Both the position numbers and the translations under genes were made by a program. Positions 9,195 through 18,105 of a stretch of DNA of 32,000 bases are shown here, in pieces. Numbering within the stretch: position 1 is the stretch's first letter; each line of letters starts with the position of its first letter. The stretch is taken from contig NC_016070.1 of NCBI RefSeq assembly GCF_000253055.1, positions 630,001 through 662,000 on the forward strand. Reading direction: 5' to 3'. Under the pieces are notes generated by a model. That model ran no database searches, was not told the origin of the DNA, and worked only from the letters and a program-made list of their open reading frames with translations. Origin of the DNA: Thermoproteus tenax Kra 1. GTDB lineage: Archaea; Thermoproteota; Thermoprotei; Thermoproteales; Thermoproteaceae.

Positions 9195-9437
9195 GTGCCC
9201 CGTTGCACCGTCTGTGGCCGCGACGTCAATTTGGCCAATGTAGCATACATCAGAGGCAGTATATTTGTATGCGATGAGTGTTTCCCTCAGTACTACGTGA
9301 GGGAGGTGTGTAGAGTCACGCAGAGGAGGATAAGAGGCGAGAGTCCGCTGGCATGTCTCTACTGCAAATATAAGAGCGTTTGCGATGAGCATATAGCTAA
9401 CCTGTCCAGAGCTCTCAAGAGCCTACCTAAGCCCTAA
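9195..9437 (+). CDS. small zinc-ribbon protein, hypothetical
   Basis: CTVCGRDVN...VCDECFPQYYVREVC...CLYCKYKSVCDEH: multiple CxxC pairs. Confidence 0.6.
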   Translation: MPRCTVCGRDVNLANVAYIRGSIFVCDECFPQYYVREVCRVTQRRIRGESPLACLYCKYKSVCDEHIANLSRALKSLPKP

Positions 9438-10582
9438 CGGCGACGTAGGAGCGCAAGGAAAAAGCCAGGCGCATCGAAGTGTGTAGGCATAGATCTCCTG
9501 CAGAGGGGGCACGCCCCCCATCCGTGGACTGATCTTGGCGGATCAATATCCAAGACCTCAAGCCCCAGTTCTCTGGTCGCCCACGTTATATTCTCCTCGT
9601 TCTCTTGATATGTCAGAGTGCAAGTTGAATAGATGATATACCTGGCAATGCGAGAGGCGACGGACAAAAACTGCCTCTGATATCTGGCCAGAGTTTCAAC
9701 GTCAATCATAGTGACTGTGTGGCCGAGCTTGGGCCTCACGCCAAGATCTGTACAGGGCGGATCCACTAGGGCTATCTCGGCCTTGAGACGGGGGAAGTCT
9801 CTGTCGAGGTAGCGGCTGTCGTGTTCCAGTAGATCGATCAACGAGGTAAGCCCGAGCCGCTCGGCGTTCTCTCTTATTTTGTCCACCTTAGGCCTCGATC
9901 TATCCACTGCGATTACTCTTATCCCGTATTGTGCCAAATGTGTAGTCTTTCCCCCCGGCGATGAGTTCAAATCGATCGCAGTGCTTGCGCCGAGGGCCCG
10001 CGCTATGAGGCCCACCCACATGGCTGGATAGCTTTGATCGTAGAAATAGCCTAGCCTATATTCATCCAGCTCTCTCAGTTTCGGCGCCTTGTACACGCTC
10101 ACCAGAGTCCTCACGGCTAGTCCACGTCTAGTTTTGAGCATGGCGTCGCCGTCCATCTCCGCAATACCGTAGGCCACGAGCTGGCCATCTGGGGAGACCA
10201 CATTGACCTCATCGCCTGCCTTGACGCTCGGGGCCTTGAGGACTCCAGGCGCGTAGAGGTCCGCGCCCATATATACGCTCTCCGCAGCTCTCTTCTCGGC
10301 GACAACGCGCCGCCTTACCTCGGGTACTTTGAAGGGGCCTTGCACAGGGATCCACAGAGCCTCGCCGATATGTTCGTCACGTCTCACCTCTATATTCCTC
10401 GATAGAGCTGAGAGCAGAGCCTCCGGAGTGATCTTAGAGGTGTTGACTCTGATATAGTATCTTGAGGGGGGCCTTTTTGCGAGCTCGAACAACGCCTCGA
10501 GTTCCCTCTCCGATAGAAACTCCAAAAGATGTTTATACAATAAATAATCTAAGCGAATTCCATTAAAATCTATAAAATCCAT
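9434..10582 (-). CDS. NOP2/Sun (RsmB-type) RNA m5C methyltransferase with PUA domain
   Basis: SAM motifs TSAIDLNSSPGGKTTHLAQYGIRVIAVDRS, VDPPCTDLGVRPKLGH and YIIYSTCTLTYQENEENITWA (two catalytic Cys); PUA-like insert GAFKVPEVRRR... to ...PKLRELDEYRLGYFY. Confidence 0.88.
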   Translation of the reverse strand: MDFIDFNGIRLDYLLYKHLLEFLSERELEALFELAKRPPSRYYIRVNTSKITPEALLSALSRNIEVRRDEHIGEALWIPVQGPFKVPEVRRRVVAEKRAAESVYMGADLYAPGVLKAPSVKAGDEVNVVSPDGQLVAYGIAEMDGDAMLKTRRGLAVRTLVSVYKAPKLRELDEYRLGYFYDQSYPAMWVGLIARALGASTAIDLNSSPGGKTTHLAQYGIRVIAVDRSRPKVDKIRENAERLGLTSLIDLLEHDSRYLDRDFPRLKAEIALVDPPCTDLGVRPKLGHTVTMIDVETLARYQRQFLSVASRIARYIIYSTCTLTYQENEENITWATRELGLEVLDIDPPRSVHGWGACPLCRRSMPTHFDAPGFFLALLRRR

Positions 10583-10909
10583 TTAGGATTTCTTTACTAT
10601 TTGAACAAGAACTTCTTTTGCTTTTACTGTAGGATTTGACCTAACGATACGCCAGAGTTCTGATCTCTCGTCTAAGACGTATCGGTAGCTCTTGTTCTTG
10701 CCGAGACCCTCAGTGCTCGCCTTGAGCAAGTTCTGGTCGGATAACTTCTTCAACAGCCTGGCTGCTCTGAGGATGACCTTGTGATCGGAGCCGAGGCCTA
10801 TCATTTTGGCCAGCGATGCCGCCTTGACGCTGACCACGCGACCCTTGGAACTTTTAATAAGCGAGATTAATGCCTCAACCAAACGCCTCTCTACGTCTTC
10901 CAAATTCAT
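10583..10909 (-). CDS. hypothetical winged-helix-like protein
   Basis: KAASLAKMIGLGSDHKVILRAARLLKKLSDQNLLKASTEGLGKNKSYRYVLDE reads like a wHTH; ends exactly before the methyltransferase start. Confidence 0.55.
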   Translation of the reverse strand: MNLEDVERRLVEALISLIKSSKGRVVSVKAASLAKMIGLGSDHKVILRAARLLKKLSDQNLLKASTEGLGKNKSYRYVLDERSELWRIVRSNPTVKAKEVLVQIVKKS

Positions 10910-11027
10910 ATGGGCGCCTCCTCGTGGATTTTTAAGTTTTCACTTTATATATGTCCAAAATTAATTACAGAAGTTCAGTTAAAAACTTTTTCTATTTAAA
11001 GACAGATTTGTTTTCGGCATCTAGCTA

Positions 11028-12136
11028 TTATCTAGATGATAGAATACGTCGAATGTTTCTATCCAATGGCTGAGTTATCACGCCCCTCTCTGTTATTATC
11101 GCCGTTATATATTTAGGCGGCGTTTCGTCGAAGACGGGGTTATAGACGTCTATGTCGGGCATAGTGACGTAGACCTTACCTTGGGAGGTTCTTACAGTCC
11201 TCACCTCATCTGGATCGCGCTCTTCTATCTTTACTTCCTCTGGCTTGTGTTCAAAATCGAACGTGCTCATGGGCGCAGCCACGTAGAACGGTACGCCGAA
11301 CTCATGCGACAAGACGGCCTCGTTGAGCGTTCCTATCTTGTTGTAGACAGTGCCGTCGGCCAGAATTCTATCGGCGCCCACTATAACTAGGTTCACTAGT
11401 CTCCGTCTCAACACGAGACCCACCGCAGTGTCTGCTATCACCTTGACCTTCACTCCGTTCTCCTTGAGCTCGTAGGCTGTGAGCCTAGCCCCTTGTTGCC
11501 AAGGCCGCGTCTCAGGCACGTATACTCCGATGTCAAGGCCAAGATGTTTAGCCACATATATAGGCGCCGTGGCTGTTCCCAGAGCGCCAGTAGCCAAACT
11601 GCCTGCGTTGCACTGAGTCAAAATCCAGTCCCCAGATTGTATCAGTTGCACGCCGTAGACGCCCATCCTTACCTCTGCGTCAAACTCCTCCTCGAAAACT
11701 CTGTCGGCCTCCCTTATCAACTCCTCCCTTAGTTCGCCCACCTTTCTAACGTGGCCCTCCTGGACTAGCTGTCTGGCTTTCGTCAACATCCTGTTCAGAG
11801 CCCAGAACAGGTTCTGTGCTGTCGGCCTAGTCTTGGCCAACTTATCTTTGGCTGCCTCAAGAGCCTTCATGGCGTCCTCAAGATTATCATACTGCCTTCC
11901 ACTAACGCGAGGGCCATGCCGTAGGCGGGCGTTATGCCTATGGCTGGAGCGCCTCTCACAGCCATGCTCTTTATAGCGTCAGCGACTCCGTCCACAGTCT
12001 TGAGCTCTAGGTACTTGGTCTCAAAAGGCAACAGCCTCTGATCCAACAACACTAGCCTATCGCCGTTCCATCTCACGACGGTGAGCTTTGGCCTATAGCT
12101 GGACTTGACCTCCTCGATCAATTTCTCCAAGTTCAT
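11028..12136 (-). CDS. mtnA: methylthioribose-1-phosphate isomerase (MtnA, eIF2B-like), interrupted by an apparent frameshift near 11890
   Basis: N-terminal ORF 11867..12136 has [62 protein letters not shown]. It continues in another frame as [35 protein letters not shown]... with [15 protein letters not shown] and [17 protein letters not shown] (ORF 11028..11870). Confidence 0.85.
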
Positions 12137-12193
12137 ATGCCGAAGTTTTCTGTCGTATATAACGTCTATTCGACCTTCCGGCCAAACGCTCGA

Positions 12194-12781
12194 TCAAGGA
12201 GGGCGGCAGTGGTCCCTCAGCGCTTTCCTTATAATGGCGAGGTTTCTATATGTCTCGTAGTTGGCCGGCATCCGCCGAGATAGCCTCTGCAACACTTGGT
12301 CGCAGTTTTCCACTTTGGAGCAGAAGCACTGATAGTCCGGACACTCGGACAACGCCTCGGCAACTCTGTCGTCCATCTCCATCAAGGCCGCCACGAGATA
12401 GGCCAGCGATCTCGCAAAAGCCAGAGACATGGCGTTGACCAGTTCATCGATAGATAGAAAGACGTAGTCCGGCAATGTTATAACGGCCACCTCCAGCTCG
12501 TCGGCCAGCCTTTTGGCAGACTCGTCGGCATAGCCTCTGCTTATAATGAGCGGTTTTGCTCCTACTAGCTTGGCGTTTATATATGCCTGTCTTATGCCCG
12601 AGACGTCGACTTTGCCCGCCTTTATCTCAACTGCGTATAGGTTCTTCTGAGAGTCCTCAGCCAACACGTCTATCTCGCCGAGCTCTACTCCATCCTTTAT
12701 CACTTTATAGCGGTGCGCAAGGGGCGTGAGGCCTAGAGATGGGAGAAGGTCTAGCACGAACGTCTCGAATTTAACGCCCAT
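12194..12781 (-). CDS. RecB-like / PD-(D/E)XK-fold predicted nuclease
   Basis: LGEIDVLAEDSQKNLYAVEIKAGKVDVSGIRQAYINAKLVGAKPLIISRG. Track start is 12805, but MGVKFETFVLDLL (12781) fits the nearby TATA-like AATTAAAG. Confidence 0.65.
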   Translation of the reverse strand: MGVKFETFVLDLLPSLGLTPLAHRYKVIKDGVELGEIDVLAEDSQKNLYAVEIKAGKVDVSGIRQAYINAKLVGAKPLIISRGYADESAKRLADELEVAVITLPDYVFLSIDELVNAMSLAFARSLAYLVAALMEMDDRVAEALSECPDYQCFCSKVENCDQVLQRLSRRMPANYETYRNLAIIRKALRDHCRPP

Positions 12782-12841
12782 AGACGAATCTTTAATTGAG
12801 CCCAACGCCCTTAATAATTATTACCCGGTCGGAGAAATATC

Positions 12842-13729
12842 GTGCTACCTTTGGAGCTCTTGAGCGAGCTGGTCCTCCAACCTCTAAAAGGGCTACTCGC
12901 ACACGAGCTAGCAGCCCGCGGTTACTCCCAAGGACGCATCGGGCATATACTCGGCGTTTCACAACCTGCGGTGAGCGCATACCTCAAGGTAGACAGAGAG
13001 AGCTACATGGCGCGGTTGGCCGAGGCCGGTATAATGAGAGACGAGGTTGAGAGAGTGCTAAAGGTCGTGGCCACTGCGGTCGAGCAGGGGAACTACTCAG
13101 ATGCCGTTGAATACATAAATAACTTTGCGCTTTCTCTTCTGTCCTCGTTAAGGCTCTGCGAGGCTCACAGATCGGTCGCGCCCTACCTTAAAGGTTGCGA
13201 TGTATGTAAAAATATATCTATATTTAATGAGGTAAAAAATAGAATAAATATTGCATTTAATATAATTAAAAATAATAGTAATACTATTTATCTTGTTCCC
13301 GAGGTTTTCATGAATATTGTCGAATTGAGCGATGAGGGGCCCATAGGATATCCCGGCAGGATCATAGTAGCTGGAGGGGCCCTCGTCAAGGTCGCTGAGC
13401 CACAACTGTGGGGATCTAGGTTCTTGGGCAAATTGATTATAGAAGTAAACAAAATTCATAAAAATATAAAATCAGTAATAAATATTAAAAATAATGATAA
13501 AATATTAAATTGTATTAATAAGAATTTTAAGTATACTATAGTGGGTCCGAGCAATTCGGAAGAGGAGACCATTGCCAATATTGTGTCGGCCATGAGGGAG
13601 TCCTACTACGACGTAGTTGTGGATAAGGGAGGTGTCAGCATAGAAAGCAATGCCTACGTCTTTGGCTATGATGCGCCCGATGTTGCCTCAAAAATAGTAA
13701 AAATTGCTCAATGTATTACTTATAATTGA
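12842..13729 (+). CDS. ThiR-like regulator: N-terminal HTH plus C-terminal ThiN-like domain
   Basis: HTH YSQGRIGHILGVSQPAVSAYL. ThiN-like signature IYLVPEVFMNIVELSDEGPIGYPGRIIVAGGALVKVAEPQLWGSRFLGKLIIEVNK...YYDVVVDKGGVSIESNAYVFGYDAPDVASKIVKI. GTG start about 25 nt from an AT-rich TATA candidate. Confidence 0.75.
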   Translation: MLPLELLSELVLQPLKGLLAHELAARGYSQGRIGHILGVSQPAVSAYLKVDRESYMARLAEAGIMRDEVERVLKVVATAVEQGNYSDAVEYINNFALSLLSSLRLCEAHRSVAPYLKGCDVCKNISIFNEVKNRINIAFNIIKNNSNTIYLVPEVFMNIVELSDEGPIGYPGRIIVAGGALVKVAEPQLWGSRFLGKLIIEVNKIHKNIKSVINIKNNDKILNCINKNFKYTIVGPSNSEEETIANIVSAMRESYYDVVVDKGGVSIESNAYVFGYDAPDVASKIVKIAQCITYN

Positions 13730-13834
13730 CGTTATTTATCTCTATATTTTTATTTAGTTATATATTAATAAAATATTTTTCTTTAATATCGAGGTCAGGG
13801 GATAAGCTTTTTAACTGTTTGACTGGCACGCGTC

Positions 13835-15400
13835 GTGACCGTTACTTACTCTTACGAGGCTCTGCCGGTAGCTGAGTGGTTCAGAAGGAATAGAGAGATA
13901 GCAGGTTTCCAGAATCCTGCAAGGGCGATGTACCAGACGGTCAGAGAGCTCGTTGAGAACAGTCTGGACGCCACAGAGCCCTACGGCATACTGCCCAATA
14001 TAATTGTAAGAATAAGCGCAGTCGATGAAACGCGCGGCTGGTTCTCGATATACGTAGAGGACAACGGCGTGGGAATACCGGGGAACGAAATACCCAATGT
14101 CTTCGGCAGAGTGTTCTACAGTTCTAAATATAAGATAAAACAACACAGAGGAGTCTTCGGTCTGGGCCTGAAGATGGTCGTGCTCTATGCGCAAAGCACC
14201 ACTAATAGGCCTATAGCCGTGAGATCCGCCTCAGTGCGCTCGGACAAAATATACGAGTACAAGCTGATGATAGACACCACTAAGAATGAGCCGATCATAG
14301 TGGATGTGAGAGAGTTTGAAAACAAGTACAAATGGCACGGTACAGCTGTCAAGGTAACTATAGAGGGCAATTGGCTGAACTCTAAGAAGAGGATAGAGGA
14401 GTATCTAAAGAGGACGGCGATAATTTCTCCATATTCCGAAATATACTTCAGCGGCCCCGATATGGAGCTTGCACTAAAGCGGAGGACTACGAAGATGCCG
14501 CCTCCGCCCAAGGAGGGCCTCCCTCACCCTAAGAGTGTAGATGTTGATACTGTAAAACAGATGATAGCAGATAACAGAGGCGCCACGCTCATCGAGCTGC
14601 TTATGAACAACTTCGATAGAGTTGGCGAGGGTCTCGCCAAGGCCTTCCTGGAGTGGGCCGGCTTGAGCCCCACTAGAAAGGCGGGCGGGCTCACTCAAGA
14701 GGAGATAGTGCATTTGGTGGAGAAAATGAAGACATATGACGGCTGGCTCCGCCCCAGAGCCGACTGGCTCTCGCCAGCGGGGCCCGAGCTGTTGGAGGTC
14801 GGAGCTAAATCGATTCTGGGCGCCGAGGCGGTCTTTGCGGTGACCAGGAAGCCGAGTAGCTACTCAGGTCATCCGTTCATAGTCGAGGCGGCGATAGCGT
14901 GGGGCGGACAGATCCCTCTAGTGGACAAGCCTATTCTATTGAGATATGCTAACTAGATACCTCTATTATACGACGAGGGCGCCGACGTTGCGAGAAAGGT
15001 CGTTGATGAGTTCAACTGGCAGAACTACAAAGTCAAGTTGCCTGCCCAATTGGCCGTCATCATACACATATGCTCCACTAAGGTGCCCTACGCCTCAGCA
15101 GGCAAGGAGGCCATAGCCGAGATACCCGAGATCGAGGAGGAGATGAAGTTGGCGCTTAGGGATGCCGCAAGGAAGCTTAGGCTTTACCTCTCAAGAAAGG
15201 AGCGCGAGCTTGAGCTGTTAAACAAGTACGTCTCCTTGGCTAAATACGTCGATGAGATAGCCGTCTCTCTGTCGGCTATAACCAACGTAGAGAGGAGCAA
15301 GATAGCGGCCTCCCTCTACAAGCTGATAGAAAACAAACTGGGCACAACGGCGGAGGAAATAGCGAAATACGTTGCATCAATAGCGGGCAATAAGGAGTGA
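13835..15400 (+). CDS. top6B: DNA topoisomerase VI subunit B, with in-frame TAG at 14954-14956
   Basis: GHKL motifs VRELVENSLDA, VEDNGVGI, FGLGLKM; then ...LLRYAN-TAG-IPLLYDEGADVARKVVDEF...STKVPYASAGKEAIAEI...NKE-TGA, all in one frame. Upstream ORF 13835..14956 and downstream ORF 15038..15400 are in phase. Confidence 0.92.
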
Positions 15401-16503
15401 CAATGTCGCGTAAGGAGGTTCTCGAGAGGCTTGAGAGGTGGGCAGGCGGGATCGCCAAGACGATAGTGGAACTGAAGGAGCCCGTATTGGAAATACCGTC
15501 GAGGACTTTATCCAACACAATATGGGACGAGAAAAACAAGATACTTCGCCTAGGACCTGAGAAGCTCAAGCGCAGATTCTTGGACGTGAAAGAGTCGAGG
15601 AGGTTTATGCAGACCATGCTCATGCTCAAACTGATTGTGGAGGCCATAAGAGCCGATGTCTATCCGACGATACGCGATCTCTATTATAACGGCAAACACA
15701 CAATAATATACAAGGACTTCTTGGGCAGAGAGCACAAGGAGAACACGTGGGATGAGCAGGCGGAGTCCAACGGAGTGATAGAGGACATAGAGGTGGCCGC
15801 CAACATCCTGAGGGAGGAGATGGGAGTAAGCGCCGACGTAAAGGGCAAGGTGGTTGGCCCAATCGTCGTAAGATCGCAAGGCTATGAGCTAGACGCATCC
15901 AAGTTCGGAGAGACCGCTCTTAGCCTTCCAGTGAACGTCGACGCCCTCGAGATAGTGAAGGTGGAGGCCTCCTATGTCCTTGTCATAGAGAAGGACGCAA
16001 TATTCCAACGCTTGGTTAGAGAGAAGTTCTGGTCTCAAGAGAACGCCATATTGATAACCGCCAAGGGGATGCCCGACAGAGCGACAAGGCGTTTCGTCAG
16101 AAGGCTCAATGAGGAATACAAACTGCCAGTATACGTATTGACCGACGGCGATCCCTATGGAATCTATATATATTCAGTTTATAAGAGCGGCTCCATTAAA
16201 CTGAGCTACGAAAGCGAGAGGTTGGCGACGCCCAGGGCCAAGTTCCTCGGGGTGGCTCCTCTCGATATAGAGCGCTACAAAATACCCGACCAGTTTGTGA
16301 TCAGAGCAACTGAGAGGGACATAAAGAGGGCCCAAGAGCTCTTGAAATATCCTTGGTTCCAAAACGAGATCTGGAAGAAGGAGCTCGACTACTTCCTAAA
16401 GACTAAGAAGAAAGTGGAGATAGAGGCTCTGTCGGCGCATGGATTGAAATATCTACATGATTATATTAAAGATAAAATAAGAAATAACAAATTTATAGAT
16501 TAA
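15397..16503 (+). CDS. top6A: DNA topoisomerase VI subunit A (Spo11-like)
   Basis: VYPTIRDLYY catalytic Tyr region, VEKDAIFQRL and LTDGDPYG(I)YI Toprim motifs; start overlaps top6B stop (or ATG at 15403). Confidence 0.95.
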   Translation: MTMSRKEVLERLERWAGGIAKTIVELKEPVLEIPSRTLSNTIWDEKNKILRLGPEKLKRRFLDVKESRRFMQTMLMLKLIVEAIRADVYPTIRDLYYNGKHTIIYKDFLGREHKENTWDEQAESNGVIEDIEVAANILREEMGVSADVKGKVVGPIVVRSQGYELDASKFGETALSLPVNVDALEIVKVEASYVLVIEKDAIFQRLVREKFWSQENAILITAKGMPDRATRRFVRRLNEEYKLPVYVLTDGDPYGIYIYSVYKSGSIKLSYESERLATPRAKFLGVAPLDIERYKIPDQFVIRATERDIKRAQELLKYPWFQNEIWKKELDYFLKTKKKVEIEALSAHGLKYLHDYIKDKIRNNKFID

Positions 16504-16613
16504 TTATATTTTTATTACACTATAATTGTTATATCTTAATATACAACTTGTATATACTCAAAGGGGCTATGTATATGCAATAAATAGTTATATATAGGGT
16601 TATAGGTAGAGGC

Positions 16614-17624
16614 ATGGAGGGCGAGGTCCGCAAGGTTCAGCTCACTGGAGGGGCCACTCTCATAGTGAGTCTTCCTAAAGAGTGGGCCCGGAGGATCAAC
16701 CTATCTCCTGGCGATGAAGTTCTCGTCGTTCCTCAGCCCGACAACACACTCGTGCTAATACCGCGTAAGCTCGGCTCGCGGTCATCGTTCACTGTAGAAC
16801 TGAGCGTCGATGAAAAGATGAGCACTGAGGAGCTCGAGAAGATCTTTATGTCCGTCTATATCGCCGGCGCTGAGGTTATAACTGTGAAGTTTTCCCCTAA
16901 GACGGCTCAATTCAGAAAGTTCTTGAAGGACTTCGTCCGAAGGAGGGTCATTGACATGGAGATCACCGAGGAGTCCAGCGATAGATTAGTGATACAGGCC
17001 ATGATAGCCACAACGGAGCTTGCCGTCAACGACATAACAACCAAGATGCTCAAACTTGCTGACAATATGCTCCTCGACTTAATAAAGGGCCTAGAGACCG
17101 ATAATATTGATCTATTGAAAGACGTAGCCGAAAGAGACGATGAGGTAGATAGGCTCTACTGGCTGATGGAGCGACAGCTGAAGAGGGCTGCTATGTCCCG
17201 CTATATAATGTTGGAGCTGAAGGTTGAAGATCCGCGCGATTTAGTTGAATATACTATTATTGCTAAATCTATTGAGAGGATCGCAGACCATATATGTAAA
17301 ATATCGTATATAAACCAGGAGGAAAAAATAGACTTGAGAGTAGTCAAGCCCATATTAGAGAGAGCTGTAGGATATATGGGGTCCGTATTGGAGCTATTGA
17401 GCGGAGGCTTCGATGATATAAGGATAGCTACACTATACAAGGAGCTGACTAACTGGACTTTGAAGATCAGAAAAGAGGTGGACTTCTCAGATCCTGCCAC
17501 ATCGTTGGCCAGAGACAGTGCGGTGAGGATCAACGAGTACATAAGCGATATCTTGGAGTCCCTGCTACATATAAAATTCAAGAGCTTCCAAAAGTTCGGA
17601 GGCGGTGCGCCTCAACTGCAATAG
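16614..17624 (+). CDS. AbrB/SpoVT-like plus PhoU-domain protein
   Basis: MEGEVRKVQLTGGATLIVSLPKEWARRINLSPGDEVLVVPQPDNTLVLIPRK, then helical PhoU-type repeats (IERIADHICKISY). Confidence 0.85.
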   Translation: MEGEVRKVQLTGGATLIVSLPKEWARRINLSPGDEVLVVPQPDNTLVLIPRKLGSRSSFTVELSVDEKMSTEELEKIFMSVYIAGAEVITVKFSPKTAQFRKFLKDFVRRRVIDMEITEESSDRLVIQAMIATTELAVNDITTKMLKLADNMLLDLIKGLETDNIDLLKDVAERDDEVDRLYWLMERQLKRAAMSRYIMLELKVEDPRDLVEYTIIAKSIERIADHICKISYINQEEKIDLRVVKPILERAVGYMGSVLELLSGGFDDIRIATLYKELTNWTLKIRKEVDFSDPATSLARDSAVRINEYISDILESLLHIKFKSFQKFGGGAPQLQ

Positions 17625-18105
17625 AAATAATGTCTTCGAAAAAGTAGTGCTCGACCTCCTTGATAATTATAGTGCCCAGGGTTTTCGCAGCTTCTTCAAT
17701 TAGATCCGCCCTGCCCAGGCTACTGTATGTGAGCACCAGGAGCTCCGGCCGGTGTGCGAAGCTCCATCTCAATATCTTATTGATCAATCCATAGTCGTAT
17801 ATAGCGAGGGCCTCCCAGTCTGAGGGGGGCTCCTCCGGGGGGAGATATGGGGGATTGCTCACCACTAGATCCGCTCTATCTATAGACGATAGCCCGTCGG
17901 CGCACAGCGCGTCGTAGTTCTTACACAGTAGACAAGATCTGGGGTTCAGATCTATTGATACAATTCTCTTGCACAGCCTCTCCATATATTGCGAAAGAAT
18001 GCAAGAACCAGCGCCTACGTCGACACAGATGTTGAAAGACCTATTTATCTTAGATAATACTTTTAATGTTAAAAAACTATCTTCTCTCGGACTATATATA
18101 AACAT
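17578..18105 (-). CDS. HemK/Mtq2-like class I SAM methyltransferase
   Basis: MFIYSPREDSFLTLKVL, CVDVGAGSCILSQYM, VVSNPPYLPPEE (NPPY). ORF track start 18174; the MFIYSPRED start at 18105 is likelier. Confidence 0.85.
   Translation of the reverse strand: MFIYSPREDSFLTLKVLSKINRSFNICVDVGAGSCILSQYMERLCKRIVSIDLNPRSCLLCKNYDALCADGLSSIDRADLVVSNPPYLPPEEPPSDWEALAIYDYGLINKILRWSFAHRPELLVLTYSSLGRADLIEEAAKTLGTIIIKEVEHYFFEDIISIAVEAHRLRTFGSS

Noticed and set aside
11019-11037. ATCTAG-N7-CTAGAT inverted repeat across the mtnA stop codon
   Set aside because: Short 6-bp AT-biased arms; may be a weak terminator but not distinguishable from chance.
13250-13570. AT islands as CRISPR array or tandem repeats
   Set aside because: No regularly spaced repeat unit; sequences differ and remain in the reading frame.
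14954-14956. UAG as evidence for a pyrrolysine-type or reassigned code
   Set aside because: TAG is the ordinary terminator of several intact genes in the window and no pyl genes are visible; kept only as one untested explanation for top6B.
16795-16850. TGAAAAGATGA...CTGA as a C/D-box sRNA in the AbrB-PhoU gene
   Set aside because: Lies within conserved coding sequence with wrong spacing; chance matches are expected.
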